Shown piece after piece: positions 37,292 through 49,587 of a stretch of DNA of 64,000 nucleotides (its first letter is position 1; each line of letters begins with the position of its first letter). The notes beneath the pieces are model-generated. The model was not told the origin of the DNA, searched no databases, and saw nothing but the letters and a program-made list of their open reading frames with translations. The DNA comes from Tricharina praecox (Eukaryota), in contig NW_026250424.1 of the NCBI RefSeq assembly GCF_024521635.1, positions 248,001 through 312,000 of the forward strand, given 5' to 3'. A program made the position numbers and the translations under genes.

Positions 37292-39043
37292 ATGTATCGG
37301 GCCCCAACCTTTCCGATCATGATCACCATGATCTGTCTGCTTCAACCTATTTCCTCTCTTCCTGGCGGAGCATCCGCACGGCCGCCGTACGGATGGCGGC
37401 CGACGCTCAACGAGACCGCACTCAAGTCCCATGCCCCAACTTGGGTCCCCGAGCCCGGATACCGGGGAACTCTAACCATCCTTCGCAATTGTACGCTGAT
37501 GATTGTTTTGGCTGTTTGTTCCGCGTTACACCTTAACGTTCCGGCTCAAGGAGAAGGTCGATTTCCGTTCCGCAGGTATCGACGCGGCGTAAAGTGGGCT
37601 GTCATGGCCCTGATCCTGCCCGAAGCCGTCCTCGTCTTTGCGTTCATTCACTTGCACGAGGCGCTGCGGTTATGTCACGACCTGGAGCGTCACAACGAAC
37701 GTACGAGCGACGAACGGACGAGTGACGAACGGACGAGCGACGAACGACCGGGAAGCGCTGTTATTGCAGCAGAACCCCCGCGAGCAACGTCACCCCCGAG
37801 TAGGAAATCCAACGAGCTGTCTGATAACGATAACTCCAGCACCGATGGCAGTGCAAGCGACGAACGACCGGGAAGCATTGTTATTGCAGCAGAACCTCCA
37901 CGGGCAATATCACCCGCGAGTAGGAAATCCAACGAGCTGTGTGGTAACGGTAACTCCAGCACCGATGGCACTGCAAGCGCGATAAAACCGCCGTTCCGTG
38001 TTCTGTGGAAGTCGGTACTCGGATCCCTAAAAAAATTCCCCCTAAAATATGGGTTCCATGTCGGTATGGGAGGATTTGCATTCGATACGACGAAACTCGG
38101 GCGCGAAGACCTACCTCCCAGGATGACTGTCAGCCACTGGAGTCCGCGCATTGGCCAAGCAAGGCAAATTCCTCACCATCAGCGCCGACACGATCAAGGA
38201 CAAGAGCAAAGTCGATATCATCGCCAAGGCACTAGTGATCATGCAAGCTTTCTGGATGGTTGTTGAGGTTTGTGTCTCGTGTTGGCGTCTTTCCATGTGC
38301 CGCTCGCTGATGGTTGTTTGAACTACCCCCAGATCAGTGCTCGCAAAATCAACCACTTGCCGATTTCGTTGCTGGAGATACATACGCTTGGGCATGTTTT
38401 CTGTGCGCTCTTACTGTACTGTTTTTGGTTCCAGAAGCCGGCGGGGGTAGAGGATCCGACTATCATTGACGAACAAATTGCCCGTTTGCTGGTGGACGAA
38501 CAGCAAAGTCTGCGGTCCTCGAAATCCACAGACTTGGTAGTTGCAAGGGCCCAAAACATCCCTCATATCGCCTACGATTTCAACGGTACCGATATTCTCT
38601 TGCAGGCGGCTACGATGGCCGTGACGTCCGCGGCGTACGGAGGAGCTCATCTTGCGGCCTGGAGTTTTGATTTTCCGACCGAGATCGATGCCTACATTTG
38701 GAAAGCTTCGTCCATCACCATGTTAGTTGGAAGCTTAGGAATGCCGGTTTGGCACCAGTTGGTTCACCAAGTGTTGTAACTGAACCGGTCACCGCGAAGA
38801 GCTGTCATTGAAGGACACAAGTTCTGTTCATCGCGATTTGTTAAGGGGGACTTCAGTGCGAGGCTCGGAAGATTTCTGGTCGGGTTGGTGGGATATCCAT
38901 ACCTTTTTTTCTCCTTGTTGCTGCTCCCGCTCTATATCGCGGCTCGAGTCGTGATAGTTTTCGAGTCTTTCTTGTGTTTGCGGAGGGTCCCGGAAGGTGT
39001 TTATCTCAGCGTGCCGTGGACCAACTATATACCGCATTTCTAG
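37292..39043 (+). pseudogene. Disrupted member of a widespread uncharacterised fungal multi-TM protein family
   Basis: Motifs WVPEP..RGT..IL, ALHLNVP, GFHVGMGGF, IKDKSKVDIIAK, LPISLLEIHTLGH, YGGAHLAAW..FPT, YIAAR..ESF..LR.VP..VY..VPWTNYIPHF*; frameshift near 38132, in-frame TAA at 38777, intron about 38268-38332. Confidence 0.75.
37703..37979 (+). repeat. 15-bp (SDERT) repeats plus 120-bp tandem duplication inside the disrupted gene
   Basis: 37736-37855 repeated at 37856-37975 with scattered substitutions, in frame. Confidence 0.9.
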
Positions 39044-40372
39044 GTTCTGTGTTTTCGGGATACTCGTGTAATCAGGAAATATATGGTAGATGCACTTCGG
39101 GTTTGTTTGGATTGTGTTTGGAGTTGTTGGAGCATTCTATAAAGTCGAGGTGATTGGGGGTTCTTTTTTCTCTTTTTTTTCTTTTCTTTTTTCCTCTCCG
39201 ATATGGTTGCACTACCAACGAAGAGTAGAGTTTCCCGTCCGGCAGTTCCTTCAGTCATTGTTGTCCGGTCATGTAATAGGTATCTTCATATAGGTTCTTC
39301 GCTGTGAAAATGCTTCAGCCGTGGGCGGTTCGCTGTCCTGATCCTCCGATCACGTAGACTTCAAAACTAGGTAGCTCGGTGCTGCAAAAGGACAAGGCAA
39401 CACGTAGCAGGGAGCCGATCTATTAGGTACTCTACTCGAGCAAACCCAACATGAGAGTCATACACTAGGAGATACAACTCATCAAGGGAAGTATGCCTTA
39501 TCGTGCGCATCTCGGCGTATGCAGGAGTGAGCTGGCCCTGTGGAGCGGGCCTCGAACCAGTTATATGGGAGCATGGCTGGTGCTGGTGGTGGTGAGGGGA
39601 GGTCTGATAATCCCACGCAGCGGATGAGAATTTATAAAAACTTGGTAGCACACGTCAACGGCTGAGTCGAGACATGCAGTTTCAGTATCTCCCAACAGGT
39701 CGTCGAAACCTGGTGGAGAACAAAAAGCCACGAACATTTAAACGCATACCATGCGTATTTCCAAAGGAAGTGGATCTACTGGGATACTTGACAGCTCTCA
39801 AAAAACGTAATACACAATTTGTGTAGGTATCGTGGGTGTTCCGGAAGCACACATCTTATGTACTGTTCAAAGCCGCTTTGCAAGCGGCACTCGCGGCACT
39901 CGCTTCTCCCCCGAGAGCCTTATCGTTGAAAGAAGAGTTTATGGGTACATATAGCTTGCAAAAGTAAAAAGTAAACGGCACGCCTCTCTGCGGCTGGTTT
40001 GGGCGAAATTTACGACGGTGAATTTTCTTGGATTCTGCCAGGCTCCTTTGACATCCAGTGCTCCGCTTTCCAACTTTACATGGTCCGCCTCCCAATCCAC
40101 CTCGTATACCGTTGGCTTTCATGTGACGATATCAAATCACTGACGAGGGCTGAGTGATTCCTAAGTGTGAGTGACGAGTTATGACTACCACGTTGTTGCT
40201 ACGCCGGTAGCACCATCAGCCAAATTTTCTACCGATAACATTATTCCCGATCCAAAATTCTGGCCCTGATATATATGCTCAAGTCCACTGTTCATCTCTA
40301 CTCTGTATATAGTAGAGTGCATCTCAGCCGGCGTCTCCGCCCACCTCATCGTAACTCTCGGTCGGTTCGTCC

Positions 40373-40558
40373 CAGTGTTCGACATAGTCCAGTCCGTCCA
40401 TCCTGAGCCTCGGACTGGACTGGACTGCGGTCGACTACAGTCCACACCCAGTCCAAGAAATACCTGGACTGGACGGACTACTTTCACGCAGTCCTTTCAA
40501 ATGGCCGGACTGGACCAGATCTTGACAGTCCGTCCCATCCGGACTGTGTCGAACACTG
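40373..40558. mobile_element. hAT-type MITE (element D), 186 bp
   Basis: TIRs CAGTGTTCGACATAGTCC / GGACTGTGTCGAACACTG (17/18); 8-bp TSD GTTCGTCC / GCTCGTCC (7/8); internal GGACT/AGTCC repeats shared with elements A-C. Confidence 0.9.
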
Positions 40559-41090
40559 GCTCGTCCTTTGATATATGAGGTTCGCCGATAAGTGATGCAC
40601 CTAGTGTGATCGATGGCAATTCAGAACATATTGATTTCTCCTGGGTAGGGAAATCGAGCTTTTGGCTGGTTAACGTCGTAGGGATAAGGATATTTTGTTT
40701 TGGCTGAGCGCAAGCCTTGATTGTCATGTGGTATGATCCGCTGGAAGCGAGACTGGGTGAGGGCGTGTGGGAGCATTATGTGATTCTAATGACTTCTCAT
40801 TTTAGTTTTCGGGCGTAGGCAGTGCTTGGTTACTGGTCAGTTTAGCACAAAGGTAGTTGGGAAGGCGGCTGTCGTATGCAGCGGCTACTGGGAGATGGGT
40901 CCTAGCGTATTTCAGGCGTGCTGTTAATGAATAATACCCGAAAAAGGCGAGTGTAAAATTTGTGGTAATGCTATCATCCTCAAGAAAAGGGTAGTGATAC
41001 AACACCAACACGATCTAAATACAGAGCATTACGGCCTGATACGATATCGATATCCGTCCAGCGGGAAAACAAGCAAACGGAAATGTATTT

Positions 41091-42070
41091 TCAAAGATAC
41101 TTTCCCGATGAGAAACGGGATCCGAAGTCTGCGGCGCGATTGAGCATCTCCTGCTTTTGTTGGTTTCCAATCTTGATGCCCCCAGCAATATCCTTTTCCC
41201 TGTCGAATGCTCTCTTGCTGGGATCGTCTTCTTCAAAACGAGCTTGTGCTTTATGTTGATCATACAGAGTCTTGTTCCGATGTTGTTCCTGATTATCCCG
41301 TCAGCATGGGTTGCACTATCCTTCAGGGCTGCACTTGCATTGTATTCCTTAATTCGTCGCGCAGTCTCCCTTGATTCCGCTGTACTCGCAAGTGCTTCAC
41401 TGCTCGCGGGTCCCTGGGTGGCTGGCTTCTTGCGCCCCATAACTTCGTCCGTGAGGCGCTCCCGCTTTTGTTCGGGGGTCTCTGTCCACAGAGTGTTGTC
41501 TCCCCCGCCCTTCTGTGGCGCTTTGGCACCCTTGCCGGTTTGAAACTTCCGGTTCTTGATCTTCGTGGGATCCACCTTGGCTGACCAATCCTCCGATTTT
41601 GGCGGTACGATCATCCACTCGTCGCGCTTGGGCTTGCCGTCATCGACAGTGGCATTCTGGACGGTCTGGAATCGCGCTAGTCGTCGTTGAGCTTCAAGCT
41701 CTTCTTCTTCCTGGATAGGTGTTATTAATTTAGACTTCGGGAACAGGAGTCGCTTTACGCTGTGCTGAGCGCCACTTACTCTTGTGTGCGATGCTGCAGG
41801 CGGCGCAGGTCCAAAATCATCATCGTCGCTGCTCTCATTCCCGGAATCATCGGTTGGGCTAACTACTGGTCGTTGATCTAGCGGCGCAAGCGGCATCGCG
41901 GGTCCCGCCATCCGTTTCTTTTTCGCAGAAGCATCTTCTGAAGGTTTGGACGGAGGTGAAGCGGCGGTTGTTGATTCAGACGCCTTGGTGGCCGCTTCTT
42001 CTTCTGCGGCGCGCTTTCGTTTGGCGATGATGTACGCTGGGATCTGGGGACCAACGAAACTGCCGCTCAT
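41091..42070 (-). CDS. DUF3752 / GPALPP-motif protein; introns 41711-41779 and 41289-41338 (GC-AG)
   Basis: GPQIP/GPAMP/GPAPP motifs, RDEWMIVPP, DPTKIKNRKF, LWTETPEQKRERL; spliced end EDDPSKRAFDREKDI...FGSRFSSGKYL*. Confidence 0.85.
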
Positions 42071-42540
42071 GGCTGCGATTATAATTAGGGGATGTGGATA
42101 GTGTAGAGGTGAAGGGTGTGGAATTGAATTGAACGTTATTGTGGTTGAGGTGGTGTTGGAAGAGAGCTTCACCGACAGCTTGGTGCTTGAGAGAAACACG
42201 TTAACCACCAGACCACTAACTATTAGTAGCTAGCGGGACTGAGTCAGCACCAAGCACTCTAAGCCATCCCGCAACTGATGGTGGTGGACACTGGAGGTGG
42301 TGGTGGTGGTGGTGCAACGTTCACCCGTTCCAGAATCACCACCACCGGCGAGCTGCATTCAACTCATTCTCAATCTTCTTGTTGACTGACCGAGAGATAG
42401 CACGTCGCTGATATCCATTCTCGGTCCCCTCATAAGTTCCGAATACCGCCCCGCCCCACCGCACTTCAGGAAAAGCGACAGGGAAGCGATTGCACGGATC
42501 CTTCGATTCGAGACATGAACACGACCCCGAAGCCCCACCG

Positions 42541-45500
42541 ATGAGCCTGACGCCGGACGAGAGCTCGGCAGCCCCGGCACGGGACTCCGCCGGGGATGAC
42601 CTGGAAGGAGAGGAGCAAGAGGAGGTGGAGTTTGGAGATTACGCGATGCCTGATACATTGGATGATGCCGTGGTAGCGGGCGCCGGGGAAGCCGACAGGA
42701 CGTTGGAGTACCTACAGGAGGCTCGGGGAGAAGAGGGCAGGGAAGAGGCGGTGGGATTGTCGACGAACGGGTCCGCTTTTAGAAAGTTCAAGGCTATGGA
42801 AGAAGCTCACGAAGCTGGTGGGAGATCTCCGACGAATCGCGCACCGAGTTCTGCGGGATCGTATTCCACTCCGGACGATACGCCGAGTCTACACGTATGT
42901 ATGTGGTGGAGGACTACTATACGTTTGACTGATAGCTGTTGCAGGGCTCTGTTACCTCTTCTTCTTTCGTCGGGAGTGTGTTAGGAGGATCCCGTTTCTC
43001 GCCATCGCCGTCATTAAGACCCTTTGACCGTCGGTTCCAATCGCGACTTTCACCTTCGAGCCCCAGCCAGGCATCTACCCCCCGCGCATTGTCACCGTCG
43101 TTGTTAGGTGTCCATTCGCGGAATTCGTCGGTAGCTAGCAAGTTCGAAGATGTCGGGATTGAAGGATTGGATGATCGCTCGTCGGCACCGTGGGATGTAG
43201 TTCGGTGGACAAAACTCAAGAAGATCACTGGCCAGCTATTCACCGAGGCCGGGAGAAGAAGTTTTGGAACACCGACATGCATCACTGTCTCCGCGACGAT
43301 TGCGCTGGGAACGTCCAAAGGCATAATACTCATATTCGATTACTCACAAAACCTAAAGTCAATCATTGGTCCCGGAACGAAAGGTTGGCTACTATCCGAT
43401 TGCCTGGTACCTACTAAATGGGCTAATCTGTGCAGCGATTGAGTGCGGCCCCATTACTGCACTAGCGGTCTCTGCAGACCATACAACAATCGCTGGAGGC
43501 CATGCAAATGGACATATCTTCACATGGGAGTTGGCGAAGCCTTCCCGTCCATTTCTAAAGATCCCGCCTTTAGCGTCGTACCAGATGGAAGACCGGAAAG
43601 AGGATGGTCATGTCGAAGGAGTATCGGTCTTGCACCTAGGATTCTTGGGTAATCGGCATACCGCCCTGGTATCGGCGGACGATAGAGGGATGGCGTTCTC
43701 CCATCTAGCAACCCGAGGTTTAGGTGCTGTTGGCAGGGCGGTAAAGACAGCTCGCATATTGGGGAGATATCCTGTAGACACAGAACCGACCGGACGCCCG
43801 CGAAAACCTAGCTCAGTACTCGGGCTTTCTGTGCTCCCATTAGGCAATTCGCCGGAGAGAACGGATTCGATGGGTCTGGTTGCGATGCTGACACCATACC
43901 TTCTGGTGATCGTATCCGCCACTCCAGTAGCCCAGACCCAGCACAAAGCAGTGCGTCCGAAAGAGATTGCCAGCGAAAGTGCACTTACTGGATGTCTAGC
44001 ATGGTATCCGGCCGTCAAACTAAAGCCAACTGCATCCACTCCACCAGGATCTTCGAAGGCCAGACTAGCTTATGCGTGGTCCAATGTTCTGACACTTCTG
44101 GAGCTTAGCACTGTTGAACACGAGAGTCCGGAAGACCCCAATCGGCCACCTGCACTGGAATTTCGCCCACGCAGTCGCTATAGGTGCGAAGAAGCTATTG
44201 TAGCAGTGCAGTGGTTCAGTCGGCAGGTGCGTGATTCTAATGATTTGTTTATGTGGTGTATGTCTGACGGTATATAGATCATTGGTGTTTTGACTGTTAC
44301 CCAGCGGTTGATCATATTGGAAGATGTGGCGTTGCGAGTGACCGAAACCTTTGATCTGATGCCGAAGCGTATCCTTCACCGGGATGTCTTTTCGGAACAT
44401 CTCGCATCTCTCGTGAATCGGATGGACGAGGAAGGCTCCGTTCATCCACACGTCGCCGATGCTTTCTACAATAGCTTTCGGGCCTACAAGGGTAGATTGT
44501 TCCTGCTGGTATGAGCGATCCTCCTCTCTGTCCGTCGGGCATATTAGCTAACGGGGCGCTAGTGCTCGCAAGAGGTATCTGTCGGAGCACTATCCAACTG
44601 GGCCGATCGTCTACTCGCAATGATGGAAATCGGTGATTTTATCGGGGCTATCCGCTTAGCCACCACTTACTACGTTGGTAAGTCTAATAGCTTGACTATT
44701 GGACTACCCGAGGATCCCACGGTACGCCATCCAATGGTCGAAGAAAAGCTGTTGGAAATGATGTCTGCTTCGCTACGCTATGCGTTCGGGAAGAATCAAA
44801 GCGCTCCAAGAAAGGAAGTACTCGGAAAGGGCCAGCTGCAGGATCTTGCCACCGCGTGCTTCGACGCATGCCTGAGCATGGACCGGACAGACTTCTTGTT
44901 TGACGAGGCGTTTGAGTTCTTTGAGCAAGGAGCGTCGGTGGGGATATTTCTAGAGACACTGGAACCACACATACTAGATCAGCAGATATCCTTCATACCA
45001 CCGATCGTTGTCAAAGCACTGATCATCCAATTCACACATCTCGAGCAGGAAAGTCGATTGGAGGAAATGATATGCCACATGGATACCCGGACGTTGGATA
45101 TTGACCAAGTCACGACGCTATGCAAGCAGCACCAGCTTTACGATGCCATGATTTATGTTTGGAACCGCGCTCTGAACGACTACATTACACCGATGATAGA
45201 CCTCCTTGCACTTCTTGTACCCATAATCCAGAATGGCATGCTTGAAAACGGCGACACGATGCATGCCGTGAATGCACTCAAACTGTTCCCTTACCTTTCC
45301 TACACTCTTACTGGTAGAGTCTACCCAACAGGAGAGGCACTTTCTGAGCCCGAAGCGTCGAATGCGAAGGCTCAACTCTATTACTTTCTATTCCTCGGAC
45401 AGAAAATCACCTGGCCAAAACAAGGCGGCAAGCCGTTCCTCACAAAACGAAACGCGGAACCGGAGCCGTCATTCCCCTACCTCCGGCTGATCCTGCAATT

Positions 45501-47514
45501 CGATGCTGCTAGCTTCTTGAGTGCTCTTAATGAAGCCTTCGAGGACTCGTTTCTCAATGGTGCACCAGATACCTTGCTTAATGGTGGAAAAACAGATGTC
45601 GGGGAAGAACAAGTTTTTGGAAGATCCGTAAATCGACAATACGTGGTCAGCATCTTGTTGGAAGTCATGAATCCTACCGACTTCCCGCCCCAAGACACGA
45701 TCTACCTCGACATGTTCATCGCACGGAATCTTCCAAAGTTCCCACAGTTCGTCCTACTGTCTGGGAGCTCTCTCCATCGAGTTCTCGTCGGACTGTGCAA
45801 TCCTCCCGGTGACGATATCGCGGACGACTGCCAGCTGAGTGTGGAATACCTGCTCACAGTTTACCGACCTCCAGATATCGACGGCTTGGTCGAACTCTTC
45901 GCCAGTGCTGGGTTCTTCCGGGTCCTCAAGTCGATATTCCGGACCGAAAAGCAGTACGCCAAACTCCTCCGCATATACTTCGAAGATGAAGAAGCCTTGG
46001 AAGCTGTATTCGATTGCATTGCCGACTGCTTGCGTCCCAAGAGTAACCTCACGGAAAAGCAACGGAAAGAAGTCAAGGGTGTTATCGAGCAAAACGCCAG
46101 GAAACTCGTACGAATTGGAGATGCCCGCGCGGCAAGAATCATCAACACCTATGCTCCAGACCTCCATAATGTAATGCTGGTTGCCGTTGAGGATAGTCCA
46201 GATGAACAGTTTTCATACCTCCGAACGATCCTAGAGCCTTCGGATGGACAGGAGCAGCACGATATAAACCGTCGACCTGCGATCATGCAGAACACTGGTT
46301 TTGTTGAGGCATACGTCCGCTTGATGTGTGACTTCGATCCAGAACATGTATCGGACTACGTTGGCGGGTTGCAATCGGGTGACCTTCGCCTGGAAAAGGT
46401 CCTGCCAGCCATGGAGAGTAGTGGAGTTATGGATGCTGCTGTGGTGTTGATGGCACGCGAAGGACAGATCCGGCAGGCTATGGATCGGCTGCTGTCACAT
46501 CTAGGAACTCTTGAAGCCGCATACATAGCGGTGCTCGAAGCATCATCGAGTGTCGGCGACCTCGAAGCCAGCCAAAAAGCAGCCACAGAAACCCTTGAAT
46601 CTCTACAGAAGTACTCCAAAGTTGGCATCTGGCTCTGTAAAGGCCAAATGATGAGCGGCAAGCGACTTCAACGTCCTCAGAACCACAACCGCCGACTCGA
46701 AAAGGATCCCCTCAACAAGGAAGAACTACTCTGGCTCGATCTCGTCGATGCAGTTGTCCGCATTGCCAAAAACTGCATCTCCCTCACCAACCAACCAAAA
46801 CCCGCCAGCGCCTCAACAGAACCCGAGAAGCGCCTCGACACCCAAAAACTCCTCGCTCACCTCCGCAAATTCGTTCAGGACACCTTCTCCTCCCTCCTGA
46901 CTGCGACTTCCTCCTCACCACTCCAAATCTCCTTCCTGCACATCCTCCGCGAATTCCTTAGCCGTGCCTCGATGGCCTCTCCATCACTCGCCGACCTCCG
47001 CAATGTCCTCACCGATATCTTCGAAACCTACCTCTACGAAGCGCAACTCCTCTCTCTCGCCAACAAGCTCCTAGACAAGGACCTCTTCGTGCACGTCGAC
47101 TCCGCCGCGCGCCTCCGGCAACGCGGCTGGAAACCCGCTGGTCAATCCTGCGAGGCATGCGGGCAGCGCGTATGGGGACCCGGCGCAGCAGGCGGTATCT
47201 ACAGCGCGTGGGAAAAGACTCGGCTGGAGAATCAGCGGCGACTCGAGAAGTTGCGCGAAGAGCGTCGGATGGAGGCTGATGCCAGTGTTTCCGCCGTCGC
47301 CAGGGGGAAGGGTAAAGCTAGTGTTGAAATTACGGAGCCGGCGGAGGGAGAGCAGGACGCGCAATCGGCGGTGCTCGTGCTGTTCTGCTGTAGACATGTC
47401 TTCCATCGGAAGTGTCTTGAGGGACTTCAGCAGCCGTCGCAGCAGGAGGAACTGATATGTGTCGTCTGCGGTAGTGAGCAGTTTGCTGGTCCGGGGCAGA
47501 GTAATTTAGTTTAG
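42541..47514 (+). CDS. VPS8: Vacuolar protein sorting Vps8 (CORVET subunit); four introns starting near 42895, 43384, 44227, 44509
   Basis: PWDVVRWTKLKKI, FGTPT..IALGTSKG, beta-propeller region, LDIDQVTTLCKQHQLYDAMIYVWNRALNDYITP (Vps8 central domain), C-terminal split RING (CEAC...FCCRHVFHRKC...CVVC). Start codon inferred. Confidence 0.92.
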
Positions 47515-47967
47515 GGGCTTTTTGCGGGGTCATTGTCATTGTTCTTGTCCTTTTCTTCTCTTGTTCGTCTTATCCGGATGCGATCTCGATTGTGTACTTT
47601 CAGCGAATGTTCTCTAAGTGCGGGTTAGTACTCCTCCAGATAGTATGATATTAGTATGAATGCATTGATTATTGCTGGCTGGCTGTTTCACGGTCCTTGG
47701 GATTTGAAGATTCGGTGCAGGATCCAAGAAGCCGGTCTTGAAGGCACTTACCGAATATGCCTATTGAAAACGTGCCGTGATGGATTTTATGTATCGTTAG
47801 TTTGTCGGACGTCTTCAAGCGCAGATCTCCCGTAGTCCCGCCTTATTGCACGTGCTGGCCGCCTTACGTAGTGGCTCGGCGCATCCACTCCACTCCATAC
47901 ATATTCAATCTGAAGTCCACAACGCTCACCCTCAAAATCGCCCACCTTTCAACCCCACACGCGCAAA

Positions 47968-49587
47968 ATGAAGTGTCAACGATGTCGGCAAGCGATAAAA
48001 CTGCACGGCTCACTCGACGATATGAGTCCGGCAGCTTTCAACCTGCTAATAGGTGCTATCCTCTGCATCCTGTTACCCCCGGAGATAGCTAACATCTCAC
48101 AGGTGCATCTGAACACCCCACACTAGTCGAACACACGCCGTCCACCAAACCCGCGTACCCGCCGGACCGCCGAGAAGCGTACGAAAAAGCCGTGCGCGAC
48201 GCCGGCGGTGCGCCCTCCTACAAGCGGCATGTGCCGAACCCGCGGTCCTCGCGCACGGCGCAGTCGAAATCCATCTACCAGAACCCGGCGGAATCCTTTG
48301 TCGTGCTCACGGAGTCGTCGATGATGCCGCCGGCGCCCAGCTTGAGTCGGCAGAACAGTCCGCGGACCCAGGAGTTGGAGAGGGTGGCCGCCGATAATGA
48401 TCAGAACGCGCAGAGCCAGACCGCGAAGCGCTCCGAGAGACTGTTTGAGATCCTGAGCGCGAGAACGGATGTCGATCATCCCATCTGTGCCGAGTGCTCG
48501 GAGCTCTTGGTGGAGGGCTATACGAAGCGTCTGCAGGTCGTGACGAAGGAGAGGGATGCATTCGTGGAGTTCCTCAAGCGGGTCAATGCGGAGATACCCA
48601 CCGAGGCGGAACAGGAAGCGCAGCAGGAGGAGCTGCGGAGGCTGGAGGAAGAGGATGCGGAAGCTTTGCAAGACCTGGAGGACCTAGAGAGGGAGCGCGC
48701 GGAGGTCGAGGCGGAGACGAAACGGCTCGAGGAGGAATCCAGGGAGCTCGATAAGGAGGAAGAAGAGTTCTGGCGCGACAGGAATGCGTTTACCCAGAAA
48801 CTTGACGAGTTCCAGAATATCAGGGATTGCGTTAATCAGCAGTATGACCACGACTCCAAGCAGTTGGAGAAGCTCCAGAGAACGAATGTTTACAATGATA
48901 CGTTTAATATCGGTCATGACGGTTTCTTTGGGACCATCAACTCGCTGCGGCTCGGGCGGTTACCTAATCAGGCGGTATGAGTTGGGTACTGTCTGGTCAT
49001 CAAGCATCGGCACTAACACCTACCGTTAAGCAGCAGGTTGAGTGGGCCGAAGTCAACGCGGCATGGGGCCAAACACTCCTCCTCCTCGCCACGATTGCCG
49101 AAAAACTCGGCTTCGCATTCAGCGGCTACCGTCTCAAACCCATGGGCTCGACCAGCAAAATCGACAAGCTCGATCCGCCCAGCTCCGCCTCCTCCACCGA
49201 GCCCAAGATAACCACACTCGAATTATTCTCCTCCGGGGACATGCCCATAGGCCGCATGTTCATGTACAGAAAGTTTGATATGGCGATGGTGGCATTCCTC
49301 GAGTGCTTACGACAGGTGGCAGAATTCGTCGAGCAGCGAGACCCCACCATGAAGCTGCCGTACAAAATCGCAAAGGACAAGATCGGTGATAGTTGCATTA
49401 GACTCGCGTTCAACCAGGATGAGGCGTGGACTCGTGCTTGCAAGTACACGCTCACTTGTGTTAAGTTCTTGTTGGCCCATACAAGGTAAGTCCTGCTCGA
49501 GCGAGAGGCGGGGTCCGACGGTCGATAACATTGAGATTGGTCCTCCATAGCAATGTGGCTTATGCAAGACGTAATGGTGGGATATGA
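47968..49587 (+). CDS. ATG6: Beclin-1 homologue Vps30/Atg6; exons 47968-48052, 48103-48974, 49037-49485, 49551-49587
   Basis: MKCQRC start, ESFVVL, LFEILSARTDVDHPICAEC, coiled coil, LQRTNVYNDTFNI, FGTINSLRLGRL, VEWAEVNAAWGQ, WTRACKYTLT. Confidence 0.95.
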
